Assembly (NCBI GenBank): GCA_965225795.1
Contig: OZ245324.1
Coordinates: forward strand, 568,944 to 632,943
Source: Dehalococcoidia bacterium
GTDB lineage: Bacteria > Chloroflexota > Dehalococcoidia > Lucifugimonadales > JADFKI01
Direction of reading: 5' to 3'
DNA: 64,000 nt
Shown: positions 8,540-18,351 of the stretch, piece after piece
Layout of the letters: every line of letters starts with the position of its first letter
Position numbering within the stretch: the stretch's first letter is position 1
Notes under the pieces: generated by a model
What the model was told of the DNA's origin: nothing
What the model saw: only the letters and a program-made list of their open reading frames with translations
The model's database searches: none
Program-made: the position numbers and the translations under genes

Positions 8540-9574
8540 ATGGCTCGCCGCAACTTCTCTATGATTGAGTATTTCAATCGCCGTGCCAAGAACTGGACGC
8601 CGCGGCTTGCATTTCGAGGCGAGACAAAGGCAGACTGGGAAGCTTGGCGTGGTACTGCACTGGCAAAATTGATAGATGTTCTAGGGGAATTCCCCGAAAC
8701 AGTTGACCCTGCACCCGAAGTCGTCTATTCGGTTGAAGACAACGGACTTGTGCGCGAGCGTGTTGTTTTTGATTCGGAAGAGTACATGTCGGTGCCATGC
8801 GTAATCCTCAAACCTGCTGATATGCCCAACGACGGAAGTTCACCGGCGATCCTGTGCAGCCACGGGCACGGTCCTTTCGGCAAGGAGCCTGTTGCAGGCA
8901 ACGCCTCATCCGAGGCAATGCGGGCTAATATGGCAAGGCACAACTACAATTACGCTGAGCAGATGGCTCGCAGGGGTTTCCTGACGATAAGCCCGGACCT
9001 TAGGTGCTTCGGTGAACGTTCCGATGGGCCGGACCCATATCCGGGCCGCGACCGGTGCAATGTTCATTTCGTACGTGGCGCGGTTATGGGAATATATACT
9101 CTCACACTGAACATCTGGGACATGATGCGCTGCATAGACTACCTGCAAAACCGACCTGAAGTTGATCCTGAGAGAATCGGGATGATGGGGTTGTCGCAGG
9201 GTGGAACTATGACCACCTTCACTGCGGCAATCGAGCCTAGAATCAAAGCCGCCGACATCATCGGATATCTCAACCCCTGGGCCGAATTCGGCATTCAGAA
9301 TGCCAATTTCTGCGGCTCCCAAATTGTGCCTGAAGTGTACCGATACCTGGACACTCACGACATCGCCGGGCTGGTAGCACCTCGTCCTCTGCTTGTTGAG
9401 ATGGGTGTACACGACACCACATTTCCCATCGAGGACATGCTTAGCGGATATGAAGGAGTAAAGCGAATTTACGCCGCCGCTGAAGCGTCCGCACATCTAT
9501 GGGCGGATGTTCATCCGGGAGAGCACGCCTTCGCGGCAAACAAAGCGTTCGATTTCTTCGAGCGGTACTTGTGA
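8540..9574 (+). CDS. Alpha/beta hydrolase (acetyl-xylan-esterase/dienelactone-hydrolase-like).
   Basis: GLSQGG nucleophile elbow and C-terminal HD/H residues. The track start at 8348 would abut the divergent gene. ATG 8540 is preceded by GGGGGA. Confidence 0.7.
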   Translation: MARRNFSMIEYFNRRAKNWTPRLAFRGETKADWEAWRGTALAKLIDVLGEFPETVDPAPEVVYSVEDNGLVRERVVFDSEEYMSVPCVILKPADMPNDGSSPAILCSHGHGPFGKEPVAGNASSEAMRANMARHNYNYAEQMARRGFLTISPDLRCFGERSDGPDPYPGRDRCNVHFVRGAVMGIYTLTLNIWDMMRCIDYLQNRPEVDPERIGMMGLSQGGTMTTFTAAIEPRIKAADIIGYLNPWAEFGIQNANFCGSQIVPEVYRYLDTHDIAGLVAPRPLLVEMGVHDTTFPIEDMLSGYEGVKRIYAAAEASAHLWADVHPGEHAFAANKAFDFFERYL

Positions 9575-9652
9575 CAGAAGAATCCCAACACCTGATCTCT
9601 GCTACACCAACGATTACTGCAACAAGCCACATGACACGCAGGTTCTGGAGGA

Positions 9653-10525
9653 ATGATAATGGACTTGGAACTCAGCGGTAAGAAGGCACTCATAACCGGC
9701 GGCAGTCGCGGTATCGGTAAGGCGATAGCCCTGGAACTTGCCAGAGAGGGCGTTGATATTGCCATAGCAGCCCGCGACTTGGACGCTCTCGACGAAGCAG
9801 CTCGCGATATAGCGCCCGCAATGGGACAGGAAAGGGTCAACTCGACTGCTTTCGGTTCGGGATTTCGCGCGCGCCGGTACAATTTGTCAGGCGTTGGTAG
9901 GAAGTTGGTCGCGGTTCGCGCAGACACAACCAAGGACGATGAAGTGCAGACTCTTGTTGACATCGCGGCAGACGAACTTGGTGGCATAGACATTCTGGTG
10001 AACAACGCCGCCGCACCAGGCGGTTTGGTCGGAGGTGGTCTGGCTCACGCGAACACGGATGACCTGTTGGCGGACATCAATACCAAAGTCGTGGGGTATT
10101 TGCGCTGCTCGAAGGCTGCTGCGCCGCACATGCAGCGCAACGGCTGGGGGCGAATTATTATCATTGGTGGGCTGGCTGCGCGAAACTCTGGCACTTACAG
10201 CGGTCTGCGTAATCTTTCCCTGGTCCATATGACAAAAACCATGTCATCAGAACTAGGTCAATACGGGATTACAGTCAACACCATCCATCCGGGCACCACT
10301 ATCACCGAACGCTCCGGCCCAATGTATGAGGCTCAGGCGCAGCAACAAGGCGTCACGCGCGAGGAAATTGAAGCGCAGGTGGCATCGGGGATCGCGGTCG
10401 GGCGTATTATTGACGCATCCGAAGTCGCATATGTCGTGGCATTTATAGCATCGCCCAAGGCTGGCTCAATCACCGGCGAGGCAATCGCCACCGGTGGCGG
10501 TGTAGGCAGTGCAGTTCACCAATAA
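9653..10525 (+). CDS. SDR-family oxidoreductase.
   Basis: TGGSRGIGKAIA Rossmann motif, NNAA, and Y..SK (YLRCSK) catalytic motif. It has a long loop after beta2. Confidence 0.85.
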   Translation: MIMDLELSGKKALITGGSRGIGKAIALELAREGVDIAIAARDLDALDEAARDIAPAMGQERVNSTAFGSGFRARRYNLSGVGRKLVAVRADTTKDDEVQTLVDIAADELGGIDILVNNAAAPGGLVGGGLAHANTDDLLADINTKVVGYLRCSKAAAPHMQRNGWGRIIIIGGLAARNSGTYSGLRNLSLVHMTKTMSSELGQYGITVNTIHPGTTITERSGPMYEAQAQQQGVTREEIEAQVASGIAVGRIIDASEVAYVVAFIASPKAGSITGEAIATGGGVGSAVHQ

Positions 10526-10580
10526 GGCACCTGTTAGGCGCCTGCGAGCGCTCAGATCAAGAGCTTCGACTGCCCTTTTG

Positions 10581-10610
10581 TTGGCAGCGATCACCAATGC
10601 CTTGTATAAT
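10581..10610 (+). promoter_or_regulatory. Candidate sigma70 promoter for groEL (TTGGCA-N18-TATAAT).
   Basis: The hexamers lie 115 nt upstream of the groEL ATG. No CIRCE inverted repeat was seen. Confidence 0.4.
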
Positions 10611-10724
10611 GAAAGGTGGCGCGGCGAGTTCTCGCTTCGTCACTCAAAAGTTAGCAGGGCTGAAATCGTAAGATTCTTCTAACCGTCTTATGGATTCAGC
10701 TATACCAAGTAAGAGGTGTTGTAG

Positions 10725-12326
10725 ATGGCAAAGCAATTCCGAAACCGGGAAGAAGCGTGGGGCCAACTCATGGATGGCATAGACACGCTGGCAAAGGCTG
10801 TAGGCGCTACACTGGGTCCGAGCGGACGCAATGTTGTGCTGGACAAAGAGTTTGGACCGCCGCAGATCTGCAGCGACGGCGTTACGATCGCCAAGGAAAT
10901 TGAGCTTGCAGAGCCGTTCGAGAATATGGGAGCCCAGCTCGTAAAAGTGGCGGCAAGCAGGACCAACGATGTAGTCGGCGATGGGACTACCACATCAACC
11001 ATACTTGCACAGAGCATCATTCAACAGGGTTTTAAGAATATGGCAGCCGGCGCGAATCCGATGGCGCTGAAGAAGGGCATCGAGCTTGCAGTCGACGCCA
11101 TGAAGGACGAGATTATCGCTATGTCAGTCCCCGTTGCCGGGCGCGAACAGGTTGCCCAGATTGCCGTTCTCGCCGCTCACGAGGACGAAATGGGCAATCT
11201 GATAGCCGACGTTTTGGAAAAGGTTGGCGCGCAGGGCACCATCACCGTTGAGGAGTCCAGAACTCTTGGCTATGAGACGGAATATGTTGAAGGTATGGAA
11301 ATCGACCGTGGCTACCTCTCGCCCTACTTCGTGACCGATCAGGCGAAGATGGTTACGGAGATTGATGACCCATACATCCTTCTAACATCCGAGAAGATTT
11401 CATCGATTTCAGATGTCCTTCCCCTGCTTGAGCAGCTTAACGCGGTGAGCCGAAACATAGTCATCATCGCAGAAGATGTCGAAGGCGAAGCGCTAGCGAC
11501 TTTGGTTGTTAACAAACTGCGAGGCAATCTTAATGTTCTTGCAGTAAAGGCGCCGGGCTTCGGCGAGCGCCGCAAGGCAATCCTCGATGATATGGCAGTC
11601 CTATTCGGTGCCAATGTCATCAGTACCGACATCGGTCGCAATCTCGACTCAGCCACTTTGGAAGACTTAGGTCGCTGTCGCAGGGTGATTGCTACTAAAG
11701 ATGACACCGCATTCGTTGAGGGTAACGGCAACCCACAGGACATCGAAGCTCGCATACACCAGATTCGCCAGCAGGCGGAGGATACGGCATCTGACTATGA
11801 CCGCGAGAAGCTGGAAGAGCGTGCTGCCAAGTTGGCTGGCGGTGTTGCTATTTTGAAAGTTGGTGCAGCGACCGAGATTGAGCTTCGCGAAAAACGCGAC
11901 CGGCTCGAGGACGCACTCGCAGCGACGCGCGCCGCCATGGAAGAGGGAATTGTGCCTGGCGGCGGGACGACTCTCCTGCGCGCAGCACAGGCGACCCGGG
12001 CGGCGATTCAATGCACAGGCGACGAGCGCACAGGCGCCGAAGTAACATTCTCCGCCGCAGATGCTCCTCTCACGTTGATTTCAGACAATGCAGGCTACAG
12101 CGGAGTTGTCGTGCTTGACGCCGTCCGCAGCGGAGAAGGAGACTATGGATTTGACGCCGAAAAAGGCGAATTCGGCAGCATGTTCGAGATGGGCATAGTT
12201 GATCCTACCAAGGTCGTCAGGTCTGCGCTTGAGAATGCAGCAAGTGTTGCCGGCATGATTCTCACAAGCGAAGCGCTTATCACGGAGCTGAATCCGCCAA
12301 AGCTCCCCGCTCCTTACGACGATTAG
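10725..12326 (+). CDS. groEL: Chaperonin GroEL (Cpn60) paralogue.
   Basis: 533 aa. Motifs are AVGATLGPSGRNVVL, DGVTIAKEIEL, VVGDGTTTSTILAQ and IVPGGGTTLLRA. No groES lies upstream and the protein has no C-terminal GGM tail. Confidence 0.9.
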   Translation: MAKQFRNREEAWGQLMDGIDTLAKAVGATLGPSGRNVVLDKEFGPPQICSDGVTIAKEIELAEPFENMGAQLVKVAASRTNDVVGDGTTTSTILAQSIIQQGFKNMAAGANPMALKKGIELAVDAMKDEIIAMSVPVAGREQVAQIAVLAAHEDEMGNLIADVLEKVGAQGTITVEESRTLGYETEYVEGMEIDRGYLSPYFVTDQAKMVTEIDDPYILLTSEKISSISDVLPLLEQLNAVSRNIVIIAEDVEGEALATLVVNKLRGNLNVLAVKAPGFGERRKAILDDMAVLFGANVISTDIGRNLDSATLEDLGRCRRVIATKDDTAFVEGNGNPQDIEARIHQIRQQAEDTASDYDREKLEERAAKLAGGVAILKVGAATEIELREKRDRLEDALAATRAAMEEGIVPGGGTTLLRAAQATRAAIQCTGDERTGAEVTFSAADAPLTLISDNAGYSGVVVLDAVRSGEGDYGFDAEKGEFGSMFEMGIVDPTKVVRSALENAASVAGMILTSEALITELNPPKLPAPYDD

Positions 12327-12351
12327 ACTAATAAAGCAGTAGAGCAATGTC

Positions 12352-12382
12352 AGGGGCAGGTCTTGGGTCTGCCCCTTTCGTT
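12352..12382 (+). terminator. Rho-independent terminator after groEL.
   Basis: AGGGGCAG-N9-CTGCCCCT is followed by TTCGTT. Confidence 0.6.
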
Positions 12383-12482
12383 CGCATCAATTAATTTTGT
12401 TATAATTCCTATTAAATACGCCTACGGATAGATGCCGACCGAACTGTTGCGGTCGGCGTGAGTATTTTGGAGGCATCACTCT

Positions 12483-13499
12483 ATGGCAACTGCCGAGCGG
12501 ACAAATCAGACCACTTCCGGTGCAACCTCTGCTGACGTAAGCATTGAGGTCAATGGTGTCTCGAAATTCTTTGGCGAACTTGCGGCAGTGAACGATCTGA
12601 CCTTTAGCGTCAAGAAGGGCGAAGTTGTCGGATTCCTTGGGCCCAACGGTTCCGGCAAGACGACCACAATGAGAATGCTCACATCCTTTTACACCCCTGA
12701 TGTGGGAGGGATCAACATAGACGGCCTCGACACGAAGGAGCACGATATCGCCACGCGGGAGCGCATCGGATACCTGCCGGAGAACAATCCTGTCTATGCC
12801 GACCTCCTCGTGAGTGAGTATCTTGACTTCGTCGCTGACCTGCGTGGCTTGACTAAGTCCGGAAGACGCGAAGACATCGCTCAGACTGTGGAAGAGACGG
12901 GACTGCAGGATGTCTATTCGCGCCCCATCGGACAGCTTTCTAAGGGATATAAGCAGCGGGTTGGCTTGGCGCAGGCAATTGTTCATCGCCCGTCAATACT
13001 CATTTTGGACGAGCCCACAGAGGGGTTGGATCCAAACCAGCGACTAACCATTCGAGACCTCATTCGTTCTCTAGGACAGGAGAGAACGGTTATGCTCAGT
13101 ACCCACGTAATGCAAGAGGTTGAGAATACCTGCGAGCGCATTTTGTTGATAAGCCGCGGCAAGCTAGTCGCCGACAGCCCAGTGAAGGACCTATTGCAGC
13201 GAGCGCAAGGAATTCGCACCGTACACATCGAGCTTAAAGGCAACGAAGTGGAAAAGTCTCTTGCGGCGCTGCCAGGCGTTGGCGAAATCGAGCGCGAAGA
13301 TTCCTTTGACGGCAGAAAGCGATACGTGATCACTTCCGACGGCGACAATGCCGACTTGCGCCCCGAGATATTCCGCCTTGCGACAAAGCGAGACTGGGTG
13401 CTCTGGGAATTGAGGGAAGATCGAGCGCGAATGGAGGATGTGTTTTATTCGCTAACTTCGCCTGGTCATCAACCTGAAAGCTCGGAGGGTGAAGACTAG
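12483..13499 (+). CDS. ABC transporter ATP-binding protein (ABC-2/GldA-like).
   Basis: Walker A GPNGSGKTT, signature LSKGYKQRV and Walker B LILDEPTEGLD. Confidence 0.9.
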   Translation: MATAERTNQTTSGATSADVSIEVNGVSKFFGELAAVNDLTFSVKKGEVVGFLGPNGSGKTTTMRMLTSFYTPDVGGINIDGLDTKEHDIATRERIGYLPENNPVYADLLVSEYLDFVADLRGLTKSGRREDIAQTVEETGLQDVYSRPIGQLSKGYKQRVGLAQAIVHRPSILILDEPTEGLDPNQRLTIRDLIRSLGQERTVMLSTHVMQEVENTCERILLISRGKLVADSPVKDLLQRAQGIRTVHIELKGNEVEKSLAALPGVGEIEREDSFDGRKRYVITSDGDNADLRPEIFRLATKRDWVLWELREDRARMEDVFYSLTSPGHQPESSEGED

Positions 13500-13502
13500 C
13501 AA

Positions 13503-15887
13503 ATGCGATCGTTTCGCGCGCTAATCCGCAAAGACCTTAAGGGCTACTTCGACCAGCCTACGGGTTACATCCTCATAGTCGTCTTCCTGGCGTTGTTGTC
13601 GTGGTCCTTCTTCCGATCGGCATTCCTAACTTCAGAGGCGTCATTGCGCCCTCTGTTTACAGTGGATTTCGCGGTGGAGAGCCCGTCCATACCTTGGCTC
13701 CTCGCGCTTCTGGTTCCTGCCGCCACAATGCGACTTCTCGCCGAAGAGCAGCGCGATGGCACGCTTGAAATCCTTCTTACGCAGCCCATACGAGGCTGGG
13801 TGATCCTGCTAGCCAAGTTCACGGCAGGGCTTGTCTTCGTCACAATCGCCATCGTCTCAACGGTCGGCATACCTATTTCGCTGATGACTGCTGGTAGTCT
13901 CGACTGGGGGGCAATCGCCGCTCAGTACATCGGCAGCGTGTTTCTCGCGGCCTCTCTGGTCTCGATCGGACTGTTCACTTCAAGCCTGACACGCAATCAG
14001 ATAGTCGCCTTCATTTTGGGCCTTTTCCTGACTCTCGTATTAATGCTTCTCGGGTTGGATGCGGTGAGCGTAACACTTCCTGGGCAGTTCGCTGCACTGT
14101 TGCAGTCATTGAGCCCTGTAACACACTTTTCAAGCATCGCTCGCGGCGTTATCGATCTGCGTGACGTTTTATACTTCGTTGCCCTTGTATCGACATTTCT
14201 AAGTGCAACGTTCCTGAGCGTGCGCGGAAGGACACTGAGCCACCGTACGATTCAGTATCGCAACCTTCAGCTCGGTACGGCCGCCCTCATCGTGTTGAGC
14301 CTCCTCATAGGGTGGTTCGGGACATCGGTAAAGGGCCGGCTAGATTTGACCGCAGACAAAGTGTTCACTCTTAGTGACGGTACAGAACAAATTCTGTCCG
14401 GCCTTGATGATCTGCTTACTATTGAACTCTACGAGTCAAAGGAACCGCCCGTGCAAGTTGATCTTGTGGCTCGCGATATCAACGATTTCCTCGAAGACCT
14501 TGCCGGAAGCTCTAGAGGACAGGTGAAGGTTGTGCGAAGGTTCCTGGACTTTCAGGCGCTGGACGAAGCGCAGAGAGCGCTTGAAAGGGCTCAGGATGCC
14601 ATACTAAGTGCTGAAGACGAGGCGACCGCGCGCAGTGCGGAAGCGGCCTTGAATGACGCCACAAATGCTTACAGAGAGGCTCAGGACACTGCGCGAAAGG
14701 CGCAGTTAGCCGGTATTGAACCACAGCAGTTCAATGTACAGACGCCCAACGGGTTGGAAATCAAGAACGGGTTCCTAGGCCTGACGATGACTTACACTGA
14801 CAGGCGTGAAGTCATTCCGTTTGTTCGCTCGCTCGACGGTTTTGAGTATCGTGTGGCAACACTGGCATACAACATGATCCAGCAGGATGTAGAGCGCAAG
14901 ACTATCGCATTTCTGACCGGACACGGTGAGAAGCTGCTTCAAGAAAACTTCAATGAGCTGGGAAGGCTTCTTTCTCAGCAATACAATATCGTGGAACTGT
15001 CGTCTAGCGATGAAATGCCCTTAGATCTCACTGGCATCGATGTTTTGGTGGTTGCCGGACCTACGCAGCGAATGACGACGCAAGAGTATGAGGCTTTAAG
15101 CAACTTTTTGCTGAACGGTGGCAAAATGATGGCACTTGTGGACCCGGTTTTCATAGATCCACAGCAGATGGCAGCATTTCCCAATCAGTTTCATTTCGGC
15201 GATTTCTTAGAGCCTTATGGCATCTTGGTAGAGGATAACCTCGTATTTGACTTAAGGTCCAACGAGACGATTACCCTTGGAAGTGTGAGGCTGCCTTATC
15301 CGTATTGGCCTCGCGTGCCCACTGTTGATCGCAAAGTAGCGGGCGACGTGGAGTCGGTGCTTATGCCTTGGTCAAGCTCGCTCGGCATTACCGATTCCCA
15401 AGTCGGTAGTGTCGAAGTGATACCTTTGATGCGTACTTCGCAGTTTGCCTCAGTTGACTACTCGTATGGAGATGTCACGCCGGACTCACCCCAACTGGAT
15501 GTGACCGACCGCCAACTCTTTGAGAGCGACATCGGTGTCGCTATTGAGGCAAGCGAGATTCAGTCGAATGGTGGCAGCGTAGAACCCTTCAGAATTGTTG
15601 CTGTGGGAGACTCCGACTGGCTGACAGACCCATTCGTCAGCCAGGCGCAAGAGAATCTTGCTTTGGGGCTAAATCTAATTGACTGGCTGGCACAGGAAGA
15701 AAACCTAGCGGAAATCCGGTCGAAGGTAATTACTACCCGCAAACTTACATTCAGCTCGCCCTCCCATCGTAATCTTGTTCAGTTGGCGAACGTTGCGGGA
15801 ATCCCGATCATTTTCATTGTACTCGGCATAATTCGTTATGTGACAAGACGCAGCAAAGGACTGAGGACATACGCACGTGGGGAGTAA
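13503..15887 (+). CDS. Fused ABC-2 permease (GldF-like) and GldG-like auxiliary domain protein.
   Basis: 794 aa. The N-terminal ~240 aa are polytopic membrane. They are followed by a large extracytoplasmic domain and a C-terminal TM anchor. The gene starts 4 nt after the ATPase stop. Confidence 0.7.
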   Translation: MRSFRALIRKDLKGYFDQPTGYILIVVFLALLSWSFFRSAFLTSEASLRPLFTVDFAVESPSIPWLLALLVPAATMRLLAEEQRDGTLEILLTQPIRGWVILLAKFTAGLVFVTIAIVSTVGIPISLMTAGSLDWGAIAAQYIGSVFLAASLVSIGLFTSSLTRNQIVAFILGLFLTLVLMLLGLDAVSVTLPGQFAALLQSLSPVTHFSSIARGVIDLRDVLYFVALVSTFLSATFLSVRGRTLSHRTIQYRNLQLGTAALIVLSLLIGWFGTSVKGRLDLTADKVFTLSDGTEQILSGLDDLLTIELYESKEPPVQVDLVARDINDFLEDLAGSSRGQVKVVRRFLDFQALDEAQRALERAQDAILSAEDEATARSAEAALNDATNAYREAQDTARKAQLAGIEPQQFNVQTPNGLEIKNGFLGLTMTYTDRREVIPFVRSLDGFEYRVATLAYNMIQQDVERKTIAFLTGHGEKLLQENFNELGRLLSQQYNIVELSSSDEMPLDLTGIDVLVVAGPTQRMTTQEYEALSNFLLNGGKMMALVDPVFIDPQQMAAFPNQFHFGDFLEPYGILVEDNLVFDLRSNETITLGSVRLPYPYWPRVPTVDRKVAGDVESVLMPWSSSLGITDSQVGSVEVIPLMRTSQFASVDYSYGDVTPDSPQLDVTDRQLFESDIGVAIEASEIQSNGGSVEPFRIVAVGDSDWLTDPFVSQAQENLALGLNLIDWLAQEENLAEIRSKVITTRKLTFSSPSHRNLVQLANVAGIPIIFIVLGIIRYVTRRSKGLRTYARGE

Positions 15888-16809
15888 ACAGGTCGGATAT
15901 GTGCTCATTGCTCTAATCGTAATCGGCGTCGCCGGACTGGTGTTACGCCTGATTGCTGCTGGGTCAAGTGAATTGACCCTTGAGGGCATTCTGCCAGTTT
16001 CGCCCGATGTTATTGATCGCGTTACGATTACCACCCCGGTCGGAAGCGAGGCGAGGCTCGAGAAGATTAACGACATCTGGCAGATTGAGCGTGAAGACGC
16101 CTTTGTCCCGAAATTGAACCAGCTTTGGACTGCGTCAACTGACATTGACGGCGCTCAACTGATCGCTAGGAACCCGGCCAATCATGACCGAATGGGTGTT
16201 CAGGAAGGACAGGGGATCAACGTCGCATTCTGGCTTGGCGAATTCAAGCAGGAAGAGTTTATAGTGGGTAAGTGGACCCAGGATGTACGCTTGTGCTACC
16301 TTCGTAAACCTGCTCGTGACGAAGTTTACGCAATACCCTGTCCGTTCGGCAATATCTTTGACTCGAACGCTGACGGGTGGCGCGACCCGATTATCGCGAG
16401 CATTCCCCGCGATGCCATTGAATCGATTGAGTTTGAATATCCTGAGCAAGAATTCGTTTTGCGTCGTGTGGAGAGGGGCTGGGTTGCGGAAACTGCCGAC
16501 ATATCAGAACCCGCGAATGTGTTTGCCGTCGATGCAGTCCTCGGTACACTTGAAGGATTTATCGCCGGCGGATTCGCTCCGGAGAGCGAGACGGAAGGAT
16601 TGGACTTCATCGGACCTGGCGGCATCTCGATCAGGATAATAACCACAGAAGACTCGGGCTTCCTGACAACGCGCGTCAGACTGCTGCCTAGGGATGAAAT
16701 CTCCCTTTACGCCACGACGCCGAGGCGACCCAATGTGTTCCTTGTTGATGCCCCCACGGCAGGCAGATTACTACTTTCGCTTGAAGACTTCACTTCTGCA
16801 CCGAACTAG
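15877..16809 (+). CDS. DUF4340-like protein, the usual fourth member of GldA/F/G-type clusters.
   Basis: 310 aa with an N-terminal TM helix. It overlaps the preceding gene by 11 nt. The family assignment is from gene context and general resemblance only. Confidence 0.55.
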   Translation: MGSKQVGYVLIALIVIGVAGLVLRLIAAGSSELTLEGILPVSPDVIDRVTITTPVGSEARLEKINDIWQIEREDAFVPKLNQLWTASTDIDGAQLIARNPANHDRMGVQEGQGINVAFWLGEFKQEEFIVGKWTQDVRLCYLRKPARDEVYAIPCPFGNIFDSNADGWRDPIIASIPRDAIESIEFEYPEQEFVLRRVERGWVAETADISEPANVFAVDAVLGTLEGFIAGGFAPESETEGLDFIGPGGISIRIITTEDSGFLTTRVRLLPRDEISLYATTPRRPNVFLVDAPTAGRLLLSLEDFTSAPN

Positions 16810-16897
16810 TTCGCTGCAACCTGCCTTCAAGCAGCGCGGCTTGCATCAAAAACTTGTAGCAGACTATTACCAGTGTTATCATAAATCTTGTCCACGC

Positions 16898-16972
16898 TCC
16901 GCAGTAGCTCAGTGGTAGAGCAATCGGCTGTTAACCGATCGGCCGTAGGTTCGAATCCTACCTGCGGAGCCA
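16898..16972 (+). tRNA. tRNA-Asn (anticodon GTT), with encoded CCA.
   Basis: The cloverleaf was folded by hand. Acceptor TCCGCAG/CTGCGGA, D arm GCTC-AGTGGTA-GAGC, anticodon arm ATCGG-CTGTTAA-CCGAT, T arm GTAGG-TTCGAAT-CCTAC, discriminator G, then CCA. Confidence 0.95.
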
Positions 16973-17065
16973 GATTCCTCAGCAAGATCCCGCACTGGGA
17001 GTAAGCTCGCTATTCCCCTTCGAAGTCGCATAAACAGCCCTGAGATTGTAACCAGCGCATCGCGC

Positions 17066-18181
17066 TTGAAGGCAATTGTGACTTCGGCAATGAAACATCC
17101 TCGTGTTGCTTTGGACCTTGAGTCCAACGGTTTCCATCGTTACCCGGAGCGCGTATGTCTCATACAGCTAGTCGTGGCAGACGAGATCTACCTCATGGAC
17201 CCACTTGCTATTGAAGACATGGCTCCCTTGGGTGTCCTGCTAAGCGCCCCTTCCGTTGTGAAGATCTTCCATTCTGCGGACTATGACATTAGAAGCCTTG
17301 ACCGCGACTGGGGTTTCCGGGTTTCACCGCTGTTTGATACCAGTATCGGCGCAGCATTCATAGGGCATACTAGGCTCGGGTTAGCAGCACTCATAAAAGA
17401 TTGGTTCGATGTCGAAATTCCGAAAACGAAGAGGCTTCAACGCGCAGATTGGACTGTTCGACCGCTTTCTGCCGAACTGCGGGAATATGCGGCGACAGAT
17501 GTCATTTACCTAGCCCGTCTCGCCGAGCTATTGAACGACAGGCTTAGCGTGCTTGGAAGAACCGAATGGGTTAGGGAGGAATGCGAACGGCTTACTGATG
17601 TCAGGTATGCAGCACCTGATTGCAAATCCTCTTTTCTTTCGGTGAAAGGCAGTCGAAAGTTGAATGGGCAGGGTCTAGCTGTCCTGCGCGCGCTCTATTT
17701 CTTCCGCGATAGGGAAGCGTTGAGACGCGACTGCCCTCCCTTCAAAGTGTTCTCCAACACTGCAATGCTGGCTCTTTCTGAAAGCCCGAAAGCCGACCTG
17801 TCCACTGTGAAGGGACTCGGACGGTACTCATACGGCAGGGGAGCGACGGGCGTCCACGAATCTCTCCTGGAGGGGATGGATGCTGATCCTGTCATACGCC
17901 CTAGTGCCAATGTGGGTGAGCGCCCTCGGGTCAAAGCAGAAGAGCGAAGCGCCATTCGCAAGAGACTGCAATTGCTAAAGCAGTGGAGGCTTGAACACGC
18001 GCGCCATCTGGATTTGGACGCGGGACTCTTGTGGCCGGCAGCTAGCCTGGAACGCCTGTCGGCAAACCCTTCGATATTGGAGGATGAATTCGAGAGTCGT
18101 GAAGTGAGGCGATGGCAACGTGGGGAGTTTGCCGCTTCACTGTCTGCGTTTCTGTCGCGCTGTAATAACCTGCCGGAATAG
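17066..18181 (+). CDS. rnd: Ribonuclease D (DEDD 3'-5' exonuclease plus HRDC domain).
   Basis: Exo motifs are ALDLESN, HSADYDIRSL and YAATDVIYL, with an HRDC-like region (LRALYFFRDREALRRD). The start codon is uncertain (TTG 17066 or ATG 17090). Confidence 0.8.
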   Translation: MKAIVTSAMKHPRVALDLESNGFHRYPERVCLIQLVVADEIYLMDPLAIEDMAPLGVLLSAPSVVKIFHSADYDIRSLDRDWGFRVSPLFDTSIGAAFIGHTRLGLAALIKDWFDVEIPKTKRLQRADWTVRPLSAELREYAATDVIYLARLAELLNDRLSVLGRTEWVREECERLTDVRYAAPDCKSSFLSVKGSRKLNGQGLAVLRALYFFRDREALRRDCPPFKVFSNTAMLALSESPKADLSTVKGLGRYSYGRGATGVHESLLEGMDADPVIRPSANVGERPRVKAEERSAIRKRLQLLKQWRLEHARHLDLDAGLLWPAASLERLSANPSILEDEFESREVRRWQRGEFAASLSAFLSRCNNLPE

Positions 18182-18351
18182 CGTAGCATGGGATTCTACC
18201 CAGATTTCGCTTTAGCACTGTACTTCTGAATCCACTCCTTGATTTCCCCAAGGCGGTGTTTATAATCCGTGATTATTATCTGGTGTCTGATATAGTTACG
18301 GAATTGCAATTATTTGATATCTTATAAACTTCCGATATCTGCTTGGATTTT

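Noticed and set aside
10526-10724. I looked for a CIRCE element or a groES gene upstream of groEL.
   Set aside because: Only a weak partial match (GTCACTC-N5-TTAGCAG) is present. No inverted repeat of the CIRCE type and no small ORF resembling GroES were found.
12387-12986. A 199-aa minus-strand ORF overlapping the ABC ATPase gene. There are many similar antisense ORFs inside metH, priA, tal-pgi, MFS genes and others.
   Set aside because: They lie antisense to genes with unambiguous family motifs. Their amino-acid composition (R/S/A/P-rich) is typical of off-frame translation of GC-rich coding DNA.
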